A DNA stretch of 64,000 nucleotides from an uncultured Actinomycetota bacterium (lineage in GTDB: Bacteria; Actinomycetota; Actinomycetes; Propionibacteriales; Nocardioidaceae). Shown piece after piece: positions 8,428-21,470 of the stretch. Location of the stretch: assembly GCA_963706475.1 (NCBI GenBank), contig CAVPLV010000001.1, positions 145,129 to 209,128 on the forward strand, in the 5' to 3' direction. Position 1 is the first letter of the stretch; each line of letters opens with the position of its first letter. The position numbers and the translations under genes were made by a program. The notes below the pieces were generated by a model. It made no database searches, was not told where the DNA came from, and worked only from the letters and a program-made list of their open reading frames with translations.

Positions 8428-10701
8428 GTGCAGACCCAACGGATCACCGCCCGCGTCGACCACTCCGAGCCCCGCTTCGTCGGCTACCCCCAGGCGCCCG
8501 AGGGCGCCCCGAACGTGCTGATGGTGGTGCTGGACGACGTCGGCTTCGCCCAGCTCGGCTGCTTCGGAGCCGGGTTCGACACCCCGCACATCGACCGAGT
8601 CGCGGCCGGCGGGCTGCGCTACAACCGCTTCCACGTCACGTCGGTGTGCTCTGCGACCCGGGCCGCGCTGCTCACCGGGCGCAACCACCACGCGGTCGGG
8701 ATGGGCGTGACCGAGGAGGCTGCGCTCGGGTTCCCCGGCTACACCGGGCGGATCCCACCCTCGGCGGCGACGCTCGCCCGGGTGCTGCGCGACCAGGGGT
8801 ACAACACGATGGCGGTGGGCAAGTGGCACCTGACGCCGAAGGGCGAGTACTCATCGGCCGGACCGTTCGAGCGCTGGCCGCTGGGCATGGGCTTCGAGCG
8901 CTACTACGGCTTCCTCGGGGCCGAGACCAGCCAGTGGGCACCTGAGCTGGTTCGCGACAACACCCACATCGAGCCACCGCGGACCCCGGAGGAGGGCTAC
9001 CACCTCACCGAGGACCTGGTCGACCAGGCGATCCGGATGATCCAGGACCAGCAGCAGGCTGAGTCCCGCAAGCCGTTCTTCTGCTATCTCGCGACCGGTG
9101 CCGCCCACGCGCCCCACCAGGTGCCGCACGAGTGGGTGGAGCCCTACGTCGGTCAGTTCGACGACGGGTGGGAGGTGTGGCGGCAGCGCGCCTACGACCG
9201 CCAGGTCGCCGAGGGCATCATCCCGGTCGACACCGCCCTCACCGAGCGGCCGCCCTGGGTGCCGGAGTGGGAGACGCTGTCAGCCGACGAGCGCCGGCTG
9301 TTCGCGCGCTACATGGAGGTCTTCGCCGGCTTCGTGACGCACACCGACCACCACCTCGGACGGCTCTTCGAGGCTCTCGACACGTTCGGCGTCGCCGACG
9401 ACACCCTGGTCACGATCCTGTCCGACAACGGCGCCAGCGCCGAGGGTGGCCAGACCGGCACCCTCAACGAGGCGGCGGCCTGGCTGGGACTCGGGGAGGG
9501 CGTCGACGAGGCGCTCGCGCGGATCGACGAGATCGGTGGACCGGAGGCCAACAACCACTACCCCTTCGGCTGGGCCTGGGCGGGCAACGCGCCGCTGCGG
9601 CTGTGGAAGCGGTTCGCCTGGCTCGGTGGGGTGCGCACCCCGCTCGTGGTGCGGTGGGGTGACCGGCTGGTCGGCCCCGGCGGCGTACGGCCACAGTTCT
9701 GCCACGCCACCGACCTCTACACCACCATCCTCGAGGCGGCCGGCGTGGCGCTGCCGCAGACCGTCGGCGGGGTGGCCCAGCAGCCCGTGGACGGCGCGTC
9801 GATGCTGGCCTCCTTCACCGACCCGACCGCGGCCGAGCACCGGCCGCTGCAGTACTTCGAGATGATGGGGTCGCGGGCGATCTACCACGACGGCTGGAAG
9901 GCCGTGACCGACCACGTCGCCAACCAGTTCGACGAGCGCAGCCACCTGGTCGGCAGCTTCGACTTCGACACCGACCGGTGGTCGCTCTTCCGGCTCGCCG
10001 ACGACTTCTCCGAGTCCGAGGACGTCGCGGAGCAGCACCCGGACATCGTCCGACGTCTCGAGCAGCTGTGGTGGATCGAGGCCGGACGCAACCAGGTGCT
10101 CCCGCTCTTCGAGTTCCCGCAGTCGATGGCCCACCTGCACCCGGGTGAGTTCCCGCCGCCGCAGCTCGCCACGTACCGACCCGGTGGGGGACCGATCCAG
10201 GACAGCCAGCTGCCGGCCGCGATGGGCGGCTTCGTGCTGAGCGCCCACGTCGTGGTGCCGGACGGTGGAGCCGAGGGCATCATCACTGCGCTCGGGGACC
10301 GGCACGGTGGCTGGGCGTTCTACCTGCTCGACGGCTGCCCGGTGGCCACCTTCGCGCTGCTCGACCACCCGGTCCGGGTCGCCACCTCCATCCCGGTCGA
10401 GGCAGGGGAGCACCTGCTGGAGCTGCGCTACGAGCCGGGGCGTACGGCGCGCGCGGTGCTGGCCGTCGACGGAGTGGACGTCGCGGAGGAGCCGCTCACC
10501 GGCCTGATGTTCTTCCCCAACCTCTCGACCGCCGGCGCCGGGATGCTCGTCGGCCGGGACCGCGGCATCACCGTCAGCCCCGACTACCGACCGCCGTTCA
10601 CCTTCACCGGCACCCTCGACCGGGTCGAGCTGCGCAGCGGCCGGGCCGGCGCCCGGCCGGAGCGCAGCACCGAGCTGCGGGCGGCCGTCTCCGGTGACTG
10701 A
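8428..10701 (+). CDS. Arylsulfatase (Cys-type, formylglycine-dependent)
   Basis: PNVLMVVLDDVGF, CSATRAALLTGR, GKWHL, SDNG; no signal peptide. Confidence 0.95.
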   Translation: MQTQRITARVDHSEPRFVGYPQAPEGAPNVLMVVLDDVGFAQLGCFGAGFDTPHIDRVAAGGLRYNRFHVTSVCSATRAALLTGRNHHAVGMGVTEEAALGFPGYTGRIPPSAATLARVLRDQGYNTMAVGKWHLTPKGEYSSAGPFERWPLGMGFERYYGFLGAETSQWAPELVRDNTHIEPPRTPEEGYHLTEDLVDQAIRMIQDQQQAESRKPFFCYLATGAAHAPHQVPHEWVEPYVGQFDDGWEVWRQRAYDRQVAEGIIPVDTALTERPPWVPEWETLSADERRLFARYMEVFAGFVTHTDHHLGRLFEALDTFGVADDTLVTILSDNGASAEGGQTGTLNEAAAWLGLGEGVDEALARIDEIGGPEANNHYPFGWAWAGNAPLRLWKRFAWLGGVRTPLVVRWGDRLVGPGGVRPQFCHATDLYTTILEAAGVALPQTVGGVAQQPVDGASMLASFTDPTAAEHRPLQYFEMMGSRAIYHDGWKAVTDHVANQFDERSHLVGSFDFDTDRWSLFRLADDFSESEDVAEQHPDIVRRLEQLWWIEAGRNQVLPLFEFPQSMAHLHPGEFPPPQLATYRPGGGPIQDSQLPAAMGGFVLSAHVVVPDGGAEGIITALGDRHGGWAFYLLDGCPVATFALLDHPVRVATSIPVEAGEHLLELRYEPGRTARAVLAVDGVDVAEEPLTGLMFFPNLSTAGAGMLVGRDRGITVSPDYRPPFTFTGTLDRVELRSGRAGARPERSTELRAAVSGD

Positions 10702-11281
10702 GACCGCGAGCGCCGGCGCAGGCCTGCGGGAGCAGCACAAGGCCTCGACCCGGCGGGCGCTCGAGGACGCCGCGCTGCGTCGCTTCGCGCGCGACGGCTA
10801 CGACGCCACCTCTGTCGACGCGATCGCCGCCGACGCGGGCGTGTCCCCGCGCACCTTCTTCCGCTACTTCACCACCAAGGACGAGGTCCTGGACATGGGA
10901 CGCGAGCAGCGCCAGGCCATGCTCCGTGCCTGCGTGCGCGACCTCGAGGCCGACCGGTCCGCCGTGGACGTCGTCCGGCATGCGGTCGTCGCGCTCGCGG
11001 CCGGCTTCGGGGAAGATCGTCAGCGGGTGGCGTTGCGGCAGCAGGCCGCCGCAACCTCGGTGCTGCTCCGCGGCCGGCTCTTCGACACCTTCGCCTCCTG
11101 GGAGCAGACGCTCACGGGGGCGCTGGTCGAGCGCCACGTCGACCGGGCCACCGGCGAGACGCTCGCCGCGATCGGCCTCGGCGTGTTCCGTACGAAGGTC
11201 GCCCGCTGGCTCCGCGAGCCGGGCACCGACCTCGCCGCCCTCGTCGAGGAAGGCTTCGACCGGATCGGGTGCGACCCGTAG
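10694..11281 (+). CDS. TetR family transcriptional regulator
   Basis: FARDGYDATSVDAIAADAGVSPRTFFRYFTTK HTH; overlaps the sulfatase stop. Confidence 0.93.
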   Translation: MTETASAGAGLREQHKASTRRALEDAALRRFARDGYDATSVDAIAADAGVSPRTFFRYFTTKDEVLDMGREQRQAMLRACVRDLEADRSAVDVVRHAVVALAAGFGEDRQRVALRQQAAATSVLLRGRLFDTFASWEQTLTGALVERHVDRATGETLAAIGLGVFRTKVARWLREPGTDLAALVEEGFDRIGCDP

Positions 11282-11328
11282 GGCTATGTTGTCTGTCCGA
11301 GCACACTCGACGATATGGAGGCCGGACG

Positions 11329-11889
11329 TTGTCCGACGACAGGGAATTGCTGCAGCAGCGAGTCGACAGGCAGCGGGAGAAGGTCGAGCAGGCCACCGGC
11401 GTGGTCAGCCTGACCCAGGCGCGGCTCGACGCCGCCTCGACCGCGGGAGACGAAGCAGCGAAGGAGCGCAAGCGGCTCGAGTCGTCCGCGAAGCTGGCCG
11501 CCAAGCGGGCCAAGCGGCTGCGCAAGGAGGCCAAGAAGGCGAGCCAACTGGCCCGCGCTGCTCGCGACGACCGGGCCGACGCGAAGGCCGAGCTGGCCGA
11601 GACCACTGCAACGCTCGAGAAGCGGCAGGCCAAGCTGGCCACGGCGGAGGCCGCCCTCGCCGCGGCGACGGCCAAGGACGAGGTCGTGAAGGCGGCCGAG
11701 CCCACGCCGGCGACGCCGGCGCGCAAGCGCGCGGCCACGAAGAAGACCACGACCTCGGGGACGACCCCGCGCAAGCGCACGCCCACCAAGCGCACCGCCA
11801 CCAAGACCGCGACCACGAAGACCGCGACCACCAAGACCGCGGTGGCGAAGCGAGCTCCGGCCCGGACGCGGACCACCCCCGGGACCTGA
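11329..11889 (+). CDS. Coiled-coil protein with Lys/Thr/Arg-rich histone-H1-like tail
   Basis: RBS ggagg before TTG 11329; Ala/Lys/Glu heptad region, then KTATT repeats. Confidence 0.7.
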   Translation: MSDDRELLQQRVDRQREKVEQATGVVSLTQARLDAASTAGDEAAKERKRLESSAKLAAKRAKRLRKEAKKASQLARAARDDRADAKAELAETTATLEKRQAKLATAEAALAAATAKDEVVKAAEPTPATPARKRAATKKTTTSGTTPRKRTPTKRTATKTATTKTATTKTAVAKRAPARTRTTPGT

Positions 11890-11905
11890 GCGCGAGTCGT
11901 CGGGG

Positions 11906-12082
11906 TCAGTCGTCGGGGTCGTCGAGCCGTGCCAGCCAGGTCGCGAACCGCTCGACCGCGGTCTCGAACTCCGGGTGCGTGTCGGTGAACTCCTGGAGCC
12001 GCTCGGCGACCCACGCCAGGGTGACGTCCTCGTCACCCCGGCGCTTGTCGAGCTCCTCGATGCCGCGGTCGGTGAAGTACAT
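11906..12082 (-). CDS. DUF6104 family small acidic protein
   Basis: MYFTDRGIEELDKRRGDEDVTLAWVAERLQEF...FATWLARLD; RBS ggagg; commonly found next to kgd in Actinobacteria. Confidence 0.88.
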   Translation of the reverse strand: MYFTDRGIEELDKRRGDEDVTLAWVAERLQEFTDTHPEFETAVERFATWLARLDDPDD

Positions 12083-12100
12083 CGGTCCTCCTTGCTCCGT

Positions 12101-12790
12101 GGTCCCGATACGCATCGACCAGCGAAGACCTCGGTGGTCGAGTAGCGAGCCTCTCTCGGTGGTCGAGTAGCGCGCCTCTCTCGGTGGTCGAGTAGCGCGC
12201 CTCTCTCGGTGGTCGAGTAGCGAGCGCCAGCGAGCGTATCGAGACCTGTCAAGGGTGGTCTCGATACGCCACCTCGTTCCTCGGCGGCTACTCGACCAAC
12301 GAGGGCCTCGGCGGCTACTCGACCAACGAGGGCCTCGGCGGCTACTCGACCAACGAAGATCTCGGTGGTCGAGTAGCGAGCGCCAGCGAGCGTATCGAGA
12401 CCTGTCAAGGGTGGTCTCGATACGCCACCTCGTTCCTCGGCGGCTACTCGACCAACGAAGATCTCGGTGGTCGAGTAGCGAGCGCCAGCGAGCGTATCGA
12501 GACCTGTCAAGGGTGGTCTCGATACGCCACCTCGTTCCTCGGCGGCTACTCGACCAACGAGGGCCTCGGCGGCTACTCGACCAACGAGGGCCTCGGCGAG
12601 CTACGTCGACCAACGAGGGCCTCGGCGGCTACTCGACCAACGAGGGCCTCGGCGGCTACTCGACCAACGAGGGCCTCGGCGGCTACTCGATCAACGAAGA
12701 TCTCGGTGGTCGAGTAGCGAGCGCCAGCGAGCATATCGAGACCTGTCACTCGATGGGTCTCGATACGGCAGTCACGACCTCGTTCCTCGG
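12101..12790. repeat. Composite REP/BIME-like mosaic of ~102-bp palindromic cores with 25-bp and 27-bp tandem units
   Basis: 3 x tcggtggtcgagtagcg(a/c)gcctctc (12131-12205); cores starting ~12206, 12361, 12463 and a degenerate one ~12702; 27-bp ctcggcggctactcgaccaacgagggc units (2 extra after core 1, 5 extra after core 3); same family as 3320-3593. Confidence 0.92.
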
Positions 12791-12801
12791 GGCGGAACCG
12801 C

Positions 12802-16554
<3,753 letters not shown>

Positions 16555-16727
16555 GGCTTGATTCGCCTCTTCCGGTACGTGCACGGTGGGAGTTCAGTCG
16601 TCAAGGCTAGCCCCCCTGGCCAGCAAATGCAGACCGCCCCGGCCAAGACAGGCGTGGTGTGCCGAGAGCCACAAGCTCGTCGTGCACACTGCCTCCGGAG
16701 CAGCACCACGAGCAGAGAGTTTCGGAC

Positions 16728-17321
16728 ATGATTCGACCACGCCGACGAGGCGCCGCTGCGCTCGTCTGCACGCTGCTGCTGAGCGCGACGACGGTGGCCT
16801 GCAGCAGTGACGACGACCCGAAGGCCGAGCCGACGAGCTCGCCCTCGGCCACCGTCACCGAGCCCCCTCCGGTCGAGACCGTGGTCAGCATCGGCGAGGT
16901 GACCGGGCGGTTGCCCCGGGCCGGCAAGGTGGACGTGAAGGCTGAGGTCGGCACGGTCGTCGACGGGTGGCTGGACGCCGCCTACCTCGACGGCGACTAC
17001 CCGCGCCGGGACTTCTCCGACTCGTGGCCCGGATTCACCAAGGGAGCCCACGTGGAGGCGCGACGGGATCGGGACCTGATGAGCAACGCCGACATCGGGC
17101 CGCGGATCGACTCGGTCGAGGCGAAGAAGCGCACCGTGCGGGTCGACGTGCTCGCTGCACGTCGCAAGCCGGCCGGGGTCACCGCCCACGTCGTACTCCG
17201 CTTCAACACGACCGGGAAGGTGACGGCCCGGATCCGGGTGCAGGGCCGCCTCTACCTGACCCCGAGCGGTGGAAGCTGGCGGATCTTCGGCTACGACATC
17301 ACGAAGGAGAAGCTGCGATGA
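16728..17321 (+). CDS. Putative lipoprotein
   Basis: Basic N-terminus, hydrophobic stretch, lipobox-like TVAC; translationally coupled to the LCP gene. Confidence 0.75.
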   Translation: MIRPRRRGAAALVCTLLLSATTVACSSDDDPKAEPTSSPSATVTEPPPVETVVSIGEVTGRLPRAGKVDVKAEVGTVVDGWLDAAYLDGDYPRRDFSDSWPGFTKGAHVEARRDRDLMSNADIGPRIDSVEAKKRTVRVDVLAARRKPAGVTAHVVLRFNTTGKVTARIRVQGRLYLTPSGGSWRIFGYDITKEKLR

Positions 17322-18238
17322 GCGTGAGCAGGGAGACGAGGTACCGACGCGTGCTGCGACTGGCCGCGGTCGGACTGGTGCTCGCTCTCGCGGCCGTGCT
17401 CGTGCCGGACTCGGCGGTCAAGACCACCGATGTCGCGCTGGTGAAGGTCGACAAGGCCAGCGGCGTCGACCTCAGCCCCGACGTGGTGTGGATCCTCGCG
17501 GTCGGGTCCGACGCCCGCCCCGGTGAGGCGATGGTCAGGAGCAGGGGAGACGCCCTGCAGCTGATCGGGATGAACTCCCGCACCGGCGCCGCCACCGCGA
17601 TCGGCATCCCGCGCGACTCCTGGGTGGACATCCCCGGCTACGGGTCGAGCAAGATCAACGCCGCGCTCTACTTCGGCGGCCCCCAGGCGATGGGCGAGGC
17701 CGTCGGCAGCCTGGTCGGCATCCAGCCCGACTACGTCGTGATCTCCCGCTTCCCGTTCTTCGAGGCGATGGTCAAGGAGATCGGCGGCATCGAGGTCGAC
17801 AACCCGGTCGCGTTCAGCGACGAGTTCCTCAAGCCCAAGGGCTTCGACCGGGGTCGCATCCACCTCAGCGGGTACGACGCGATGGCGTTCTCCCGCATCC
17901 GGCACAACCTGGTGAGCGGCGACTTCGACCGCTCGGCCAACCAGCAGCGGGTGCTGCGCGGGATCCAGGCCAAGGTCCGGGCCAAGGCGGACCGGCCCGG
18001 CTTCATGGAGCGCGGGGTGATGACGGTGATGCAGCACCTGCACACCGACCTGTCGCCGACCGAGCTCTACCGGCTCGCCCAGGTCGTGTCCCACGTCGAC
18101 CCCGCCAAGATCACCACCTGCGTGGTGCAGGGCTCCATCGGCGAGATCGGCGGGGCCAGCGTGGTGCTTCCCTTCGTCGACCAGGCCCGGGCCTACGGCG
18201 ACGACGCGCGCCGCGACGCGACGATCAAGTCCTGCTGA
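17318..18238 (+). CDS. LCP (LytR-CpsA-Psr) family cell-wall glycopolymer ligase
   Basis: ILAVGSDAR, IPRDSWVDIPG, KINAA, FSRIRH, GDFDRSANQQ. Confidence 0.92.
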   Translation: MSVSRETRYRRVLRLAAVGLVLALAAVLVPDSAVKTTDVALVKVDKASGVDLSPDVVWILAVGSDARPGEAMVRSRGDALQLIGMNSRTGAATAIGIPRDSWVDIPGYGSSKINAALYFGGPQAMGEAVGSLVGIQPDYVVISRFPFFEAMVKEIGGIEVDNPVAFSDEFLKPKGFDRGRIHLSGYDAMAFSRIRHNLVSGDFDRSANQQRVLRGIQAKVRAKADRPGFMERGVMTVMQHLHTDLSPTELYRLAQVVSHVDPAKITTCVVQGSIGEIGGASVVLPFVDQARAYGDDARRDATIKSC

Positions 18239-18734
18239 TCCGGGCCTCCACGACCCGGCAGTGATGGTCGACGTCGCCCCACGACAGCTCGTCAGGGGAG
18301 GTCTCGGCGAGCTGGTCGGTCTCGTCGAGCAGGGCCTGCAGGGCGTCGTGCTCGGTGCCGGGTGAGGATCGCGTGAGCGCGTCCGTGAGCAGCGACATCA
18401 GCTCATGGAGCTGACGCATCATCGGGAACGCGTGGAACATCAGCTCCGCCGTCTCGGGCGCCTGCCGCCAGCTGATCCCGCCGAAGGACTCCTGTGAGAC
18501 CCGCTGGCCCGCGCCGAAACAGGTGTAGGCGACACAACCGGCGAAGCCCACCTGGCTCAGGTTGCCGTGGATCCCGCACCCGAAGTCGTCCAGCAGGTTG
18601 AGGCACGGGGTCCCGGCCGGCTTGTCGAGCGCGAACTCCGCCGACTTCCGCAGGGAGTGCGCGACGCAGCACAGGCCGAAGCAGCTCCCGCAGTCGGCGG
18701 TCAGGTCCGGTCGCTCGCGCTCCACCCGGCTCAT
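18225..18734 (-). CDS. Cys-rich protein resembling the N-terminal domain of YisX-type pentapeptide-repeat proteins, without the repeats
   Basis: LTADCGSCFGLCCVA...KPAGTPCLNL...CGIH...GCVAYTCFGAGQRVSQ; ATG at 18734. Confidence 0.75.
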   Translation of the reverse strand: MSRVERERPDLTADCGSCFGLCCVAHSLRKSAEFALDKPAGTPCLNLLDDFGCGIHGNLSQVGFAGCVAYTCFGAGQRVSQESFGGISWRQAPETAELMFHAFPMMRQLHELMSLLTDALTRSSPGTEHDALQALLDETDQLAETSPDELSWGDVDHHCRVVEARISRT

Positions 18735-18818
18735 CGAACCACACGCAACGACGGCCACCTGATGGGCAGGCTGAGTAGGTTGTGACCTGCTGCCATCCCG
18801 CCCGCGCAAGGAGAAGCC

Positions 18819-20216
18819 ATGACCTCGTCCACGCCCATCGGCCCGGCGTACCAGACCACCAACCCGGCCACCGGAGAGGTGGTCGAGACCTACGCGACGG
18901 CGACCGACGCGGAGGTCGAGGCTGCGCTGGCGTCCGCGCACGCGGCGTACCTCACCTGGCGCGAGGTGCCGATCGCGAAGCGGGCCGAGGTCGTCACGAG
19001 GATCGGTGAGCTCTTCGTGGAGCGCGCCGACGACCTGGCCGAGATCGCGACGCGGGAGATGGGCAAGCCGCTCGGGGAGTCCCGCGAGGAGGCGGAGTTC
19101 TGCGGCGACATCTTCGGCTACTTCGCGACCGAGGGCCCCGAGCTGGCGGCCGACCAGCCGATCAAGACGTTCTCCGGCGGTCGTGCGGTCGTGCAGAAGC
19201 TGCCGATCGGGGCGCTGCTGGGGATCATGCCGTGGAACTACCCGTACTACCAGATCGCCCGGTTCGCGGCCCCCAACCTGGTGCTCGGCAACACCCTGCT
19301 GCTCAAGCACGCCGAGTCGGTCCCGGCGTCCGCCGTGGCGGTGCAGCAGATCATGACCGACGCCGGCCTGCCCGAGGGCGTCTACACCAACGTCTTCGCC
19401 TCGCACCCGCAGATCGAGACCATCATCGGCGACCCACGGGTCGCCGGCGTCTCGCTGACCGGCTCCGAGCGTGCCGGGTCGGCGGTCGCGGCGATCGCCG
19501 GCAGGAACCTCAAGAAGTGCGTCCTCGAGCTCGGCGGCTCCGACCCCTACGTGGTGCTCGACACCGACGACGTCGCGGGCGCGGCCGACACTGCCTGGGA
19601 GACCCGGATCAGCAACACCGGCCAGGCCTGCAACTCCAACAAGCGAATGATCGTGATGGACGAGGTGTACGACGCCTTCGTGGCCCGGTTGACCGAGCGG
19701 GCCTCCGGCCTGGAGGCGGGGGACCCGACCTCGGAGGCGGCGGGCACCTTCGCGCCGCTGTCGTCTCGTGCGGCCGCTGAGCGGCTCGACGAGCAGGTGC
19801 AGGACGCGGTCGCCAAGGGCGCAACCCTGCACGCCGGCGGCGTCCTGGGCGAGGGCCCGGCGGCGTACTACTCGCCCGCCGTGCTGACCGGCGTCACGAA
19901 GGAGATGCGGGCGTACGGCGAGGAGCTCTTCGGGCCGGTCGCCGTCGTGTACGCCGTCAGCAGCGACGACGAGGCGCTCGAGCTGGCCAACGACACGCCG
20001 TACGGCCTGGGGGGTGCGGTCTTCAGCTCCGACCCGGAGCGCGCCACCAGGCTCGCCGACCGTCTCGACGTCGGCATGTCCAACGTCAACACGCCCGCCG
20101 GCGAGGGCGCCGAGATCCCGTTCGGCGGAACCAAGCGCAGCGGCTTCGGTCGCGAGCTCGGGCCGCTCGGGATGGACGAGTTCGTCAACAAGCGGATGTT
20201 CTTCGTCGCGGAGTAG
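18819..20216 (+). CDS. NAD-dependent succinate-semialdehyde dehydrogenase / aldehyde dehydrogenase
   Basis: GIMPWNYP, LTGSERAG, LELGGSDP, NTGQACN, EELFGPV, FGGTKRSGFGRE. Confidence 0.93.
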   Translation: MTSSTPIGPAYQTTNPATGEVVETYATATDAEVEAALASAHAAYLTWREVPIAKRAEVVTRIGELFVERADDLAEIATREMGKPLGESREEAEFCGDIFGYFATEGPELAADQPIKTFSGGRAVVQKLPIGALLGIMPWNYPYYQIARFAAPNLVLGNTLLLKHAESVPASAVAVQQIMTDAGLPEGVYTNVFASHPQIETIIGDPRVAGVSLTGSERAGSAVAAIAGRNLKKCVLELGGSDPYVVLDTDDVAGAADTAWETRISNTGQACNSNKRMIVMDEVYDAFVARLTERASGLEAGDPTSEAAGTFAPLSSRAAAERLDEQVQDAVAKGATLHAGGVLGEGPAAYYSPAVLTGVTKEMRAYGEELFGPVAVVYAVSSDDEALELANDTPYGLGGAVFSSDPERATRLADRLDVGMSNVNTPAGEGAEIPFGGTKRSGFGRELGPLGMDEFVNKRMFFVAE

Positions 20217-20257
20217 TCGACCAACCGAACGCCAACGCGTGCGGGTCAGGATCAGGC

Positions 20258-20273
20258 TGTGACGTCTGTCACA
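20258..20273. promoter_or_regulatory. Crp/GlxR-type binding site
   Basis: TGTGA-cgtctg-TCACA, perfect consensus, 21 bp upstream of the alcohol dehydrogenase ATG. Confidence 0.7.
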
Positions 20274-20294
20274 CACTCGATCATGGGAGGCAGC

Positions 20295-21410
20295 ATGCAC
20301 ACGCGCGGCGCAATCATCAAGGAGGCACCCGGCACCTACGAGGTGGTCGACCTCGAGGTCGACGACCCGAGACAGGGCGAGATCCAGGTCGAGATGGTGG
20401 CCTCCGGGCTGTGCCACTCCGACGACCACATCGCCACCGGCGACATCCCGGTGGGGATGTACCCCTTCTGCGGCGGGCACGAGGGTGCCGGCGTGGTCAG
20501 CGCGGTCGGGGCGCACACACCGGGGTGGAAGGAGGGCGACCACGTCGTCTTCTCCTTCCTTCCCGCCTGCGGGCAGTGCACCTGGTGCTCGCGCGGCATG
20601 CAGAACCTCTGTGACCTCGGCGCCACGCTGCTCGTGGGCTCCCGGTGGGACGACCCCACGAGCTTCCGGCTCTCCTACGACGGCCAGCCGGTCGGCCAGA
20701 TGTGCGGTATCTCCACCTTCGCCCAGGTGACCACGGTCTCGGTCGACTCGGCGGTCAAGGTGCACGACGACGTGCCGCTCGACAAGGCCTGCCTGATCGG
20801 CTGCGGCGTCGGCACCGGCTGGGGGTCGGCGATCAACTCCGCCGACGTGCGCCCCGGCGACGTGGTGATCGTGATGGGCATCGGCGGGATCGGCATCAAC
20901 GCCGTCCAGGGCGCCGCCCACGGTGGCGCATCGCTCGTGATCGCCGTCGACCCGGTCGAGTTCAAGCGCACCAAGGCGCTCGAGCTCGGTGCCACCCACG
21001 CCGTCGCGACCATGGAGGAGGCGACCGAGCTCGCCCAGTCGGTCACCAACGGCCAGGGCGCCGACTCCGCCATCGTCACCGTCGGCGTCATCACCGGCGA
21101 CCACCTCGGCCAGGCGATGGCCTCGATCCGCAAGGCCGGCACCGTGGTCGTCACCGGGCTCGGCGACGTCCAGGCGGTCGGTGCTCCGATCTCGCTGGCC
21201 GACATCACCCTCTTCCAGAAGCGGATCCAGGGCTCGCTCTTCGGCGCTTCCAACCCGAAGACCGACATCCCCAAGCTGATCCGCCTCTACCAGGAGGGCA
21301 GCCTCAAGCTCGACGAGCTGGTCACCCGGACCTACAAGCTCGACGAGATCGCCCAGGGCTACGAGGACATGCACGCGGGGACGAACCTGCGCGGCGTGAT
21401 CGTCTACTGA
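20295..21410 (+). CDS. Zn-dependent nicotinoprotein (NDMA-dependent) alcohol dehydrogenase, Rxyl_3153-like
   Basis: ASGLCHSDDH, GGHEGAG, CGQCTWC..C, GCGVGTGWGSA, GIGGIGINAVQGA, KRIQGSLFG. Confidence 0.88.
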   Translation: MHTRGAIIKEAPGTYEVVDLEVDDPRQGEIQVEMVASGLCHSDDHIATGDIPVGMYPFCGGHEGAGVVSAVGAHTPGWKEGDHVVFSFLPACGQCTWCSRGMQNLCDLGATLLVGSRWDDPTSFRLSYDGQPVGQMCGISTFAQVTTVSVDSAVKVHDDVPLDKACLIGCGVGTGWGSAINSADVRPGDVVIVMGIGGIGINAVQGAAHGGASLVIAVDPVEFKRTKALELGATHAVATMEEATELAQSVTNGQGADSAIVTVGVITGDHLGQAMASIRKAGTVVVTGLGDVQAVGAPISLADITLFQKRIQGSLFGASNPKTDIPKLIRLYQEGSLKLDELVTRTYKLDEIAQGYEDMHAGTNLRGVIVY

Positions 21411-21415
21411 CGAGG

Positions 21416-21445
21416 TCGGCGGTCCCTCGGACGGGGGACCGCCGA
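21416..21445. terminator. Hairpin between the convergent ADH and tRNA genes
   Basis: tcggcggtccc tcggacg ggggaccgccga inverted repeat. Confidence 0.7.
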
Positions 21446-21470
21446 ACGTCTCGACGGTGATCCAGCTGGG

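Noticed and set aside
7272-8447. 1055-aa form of the aminopeptidase
   Set aside because: The upstream part overlaps the MmcQ and acetoacetate decarboxylase genes in another frame; the signal peptide begins at ~7271.
12247-12252. TTGACA (-35) on the minus strand in each core linker as a portable promoter
   Set aside because: No TANNNT at 16-18 bp spacing, and the locus-1 linker lacks it.
12131-12790. CRISPR array or IS/MITE with transposase
   Set aside because: Inter-repeat segments are themselves repeated; no unique spacers, transposase or clear target-site duplication.
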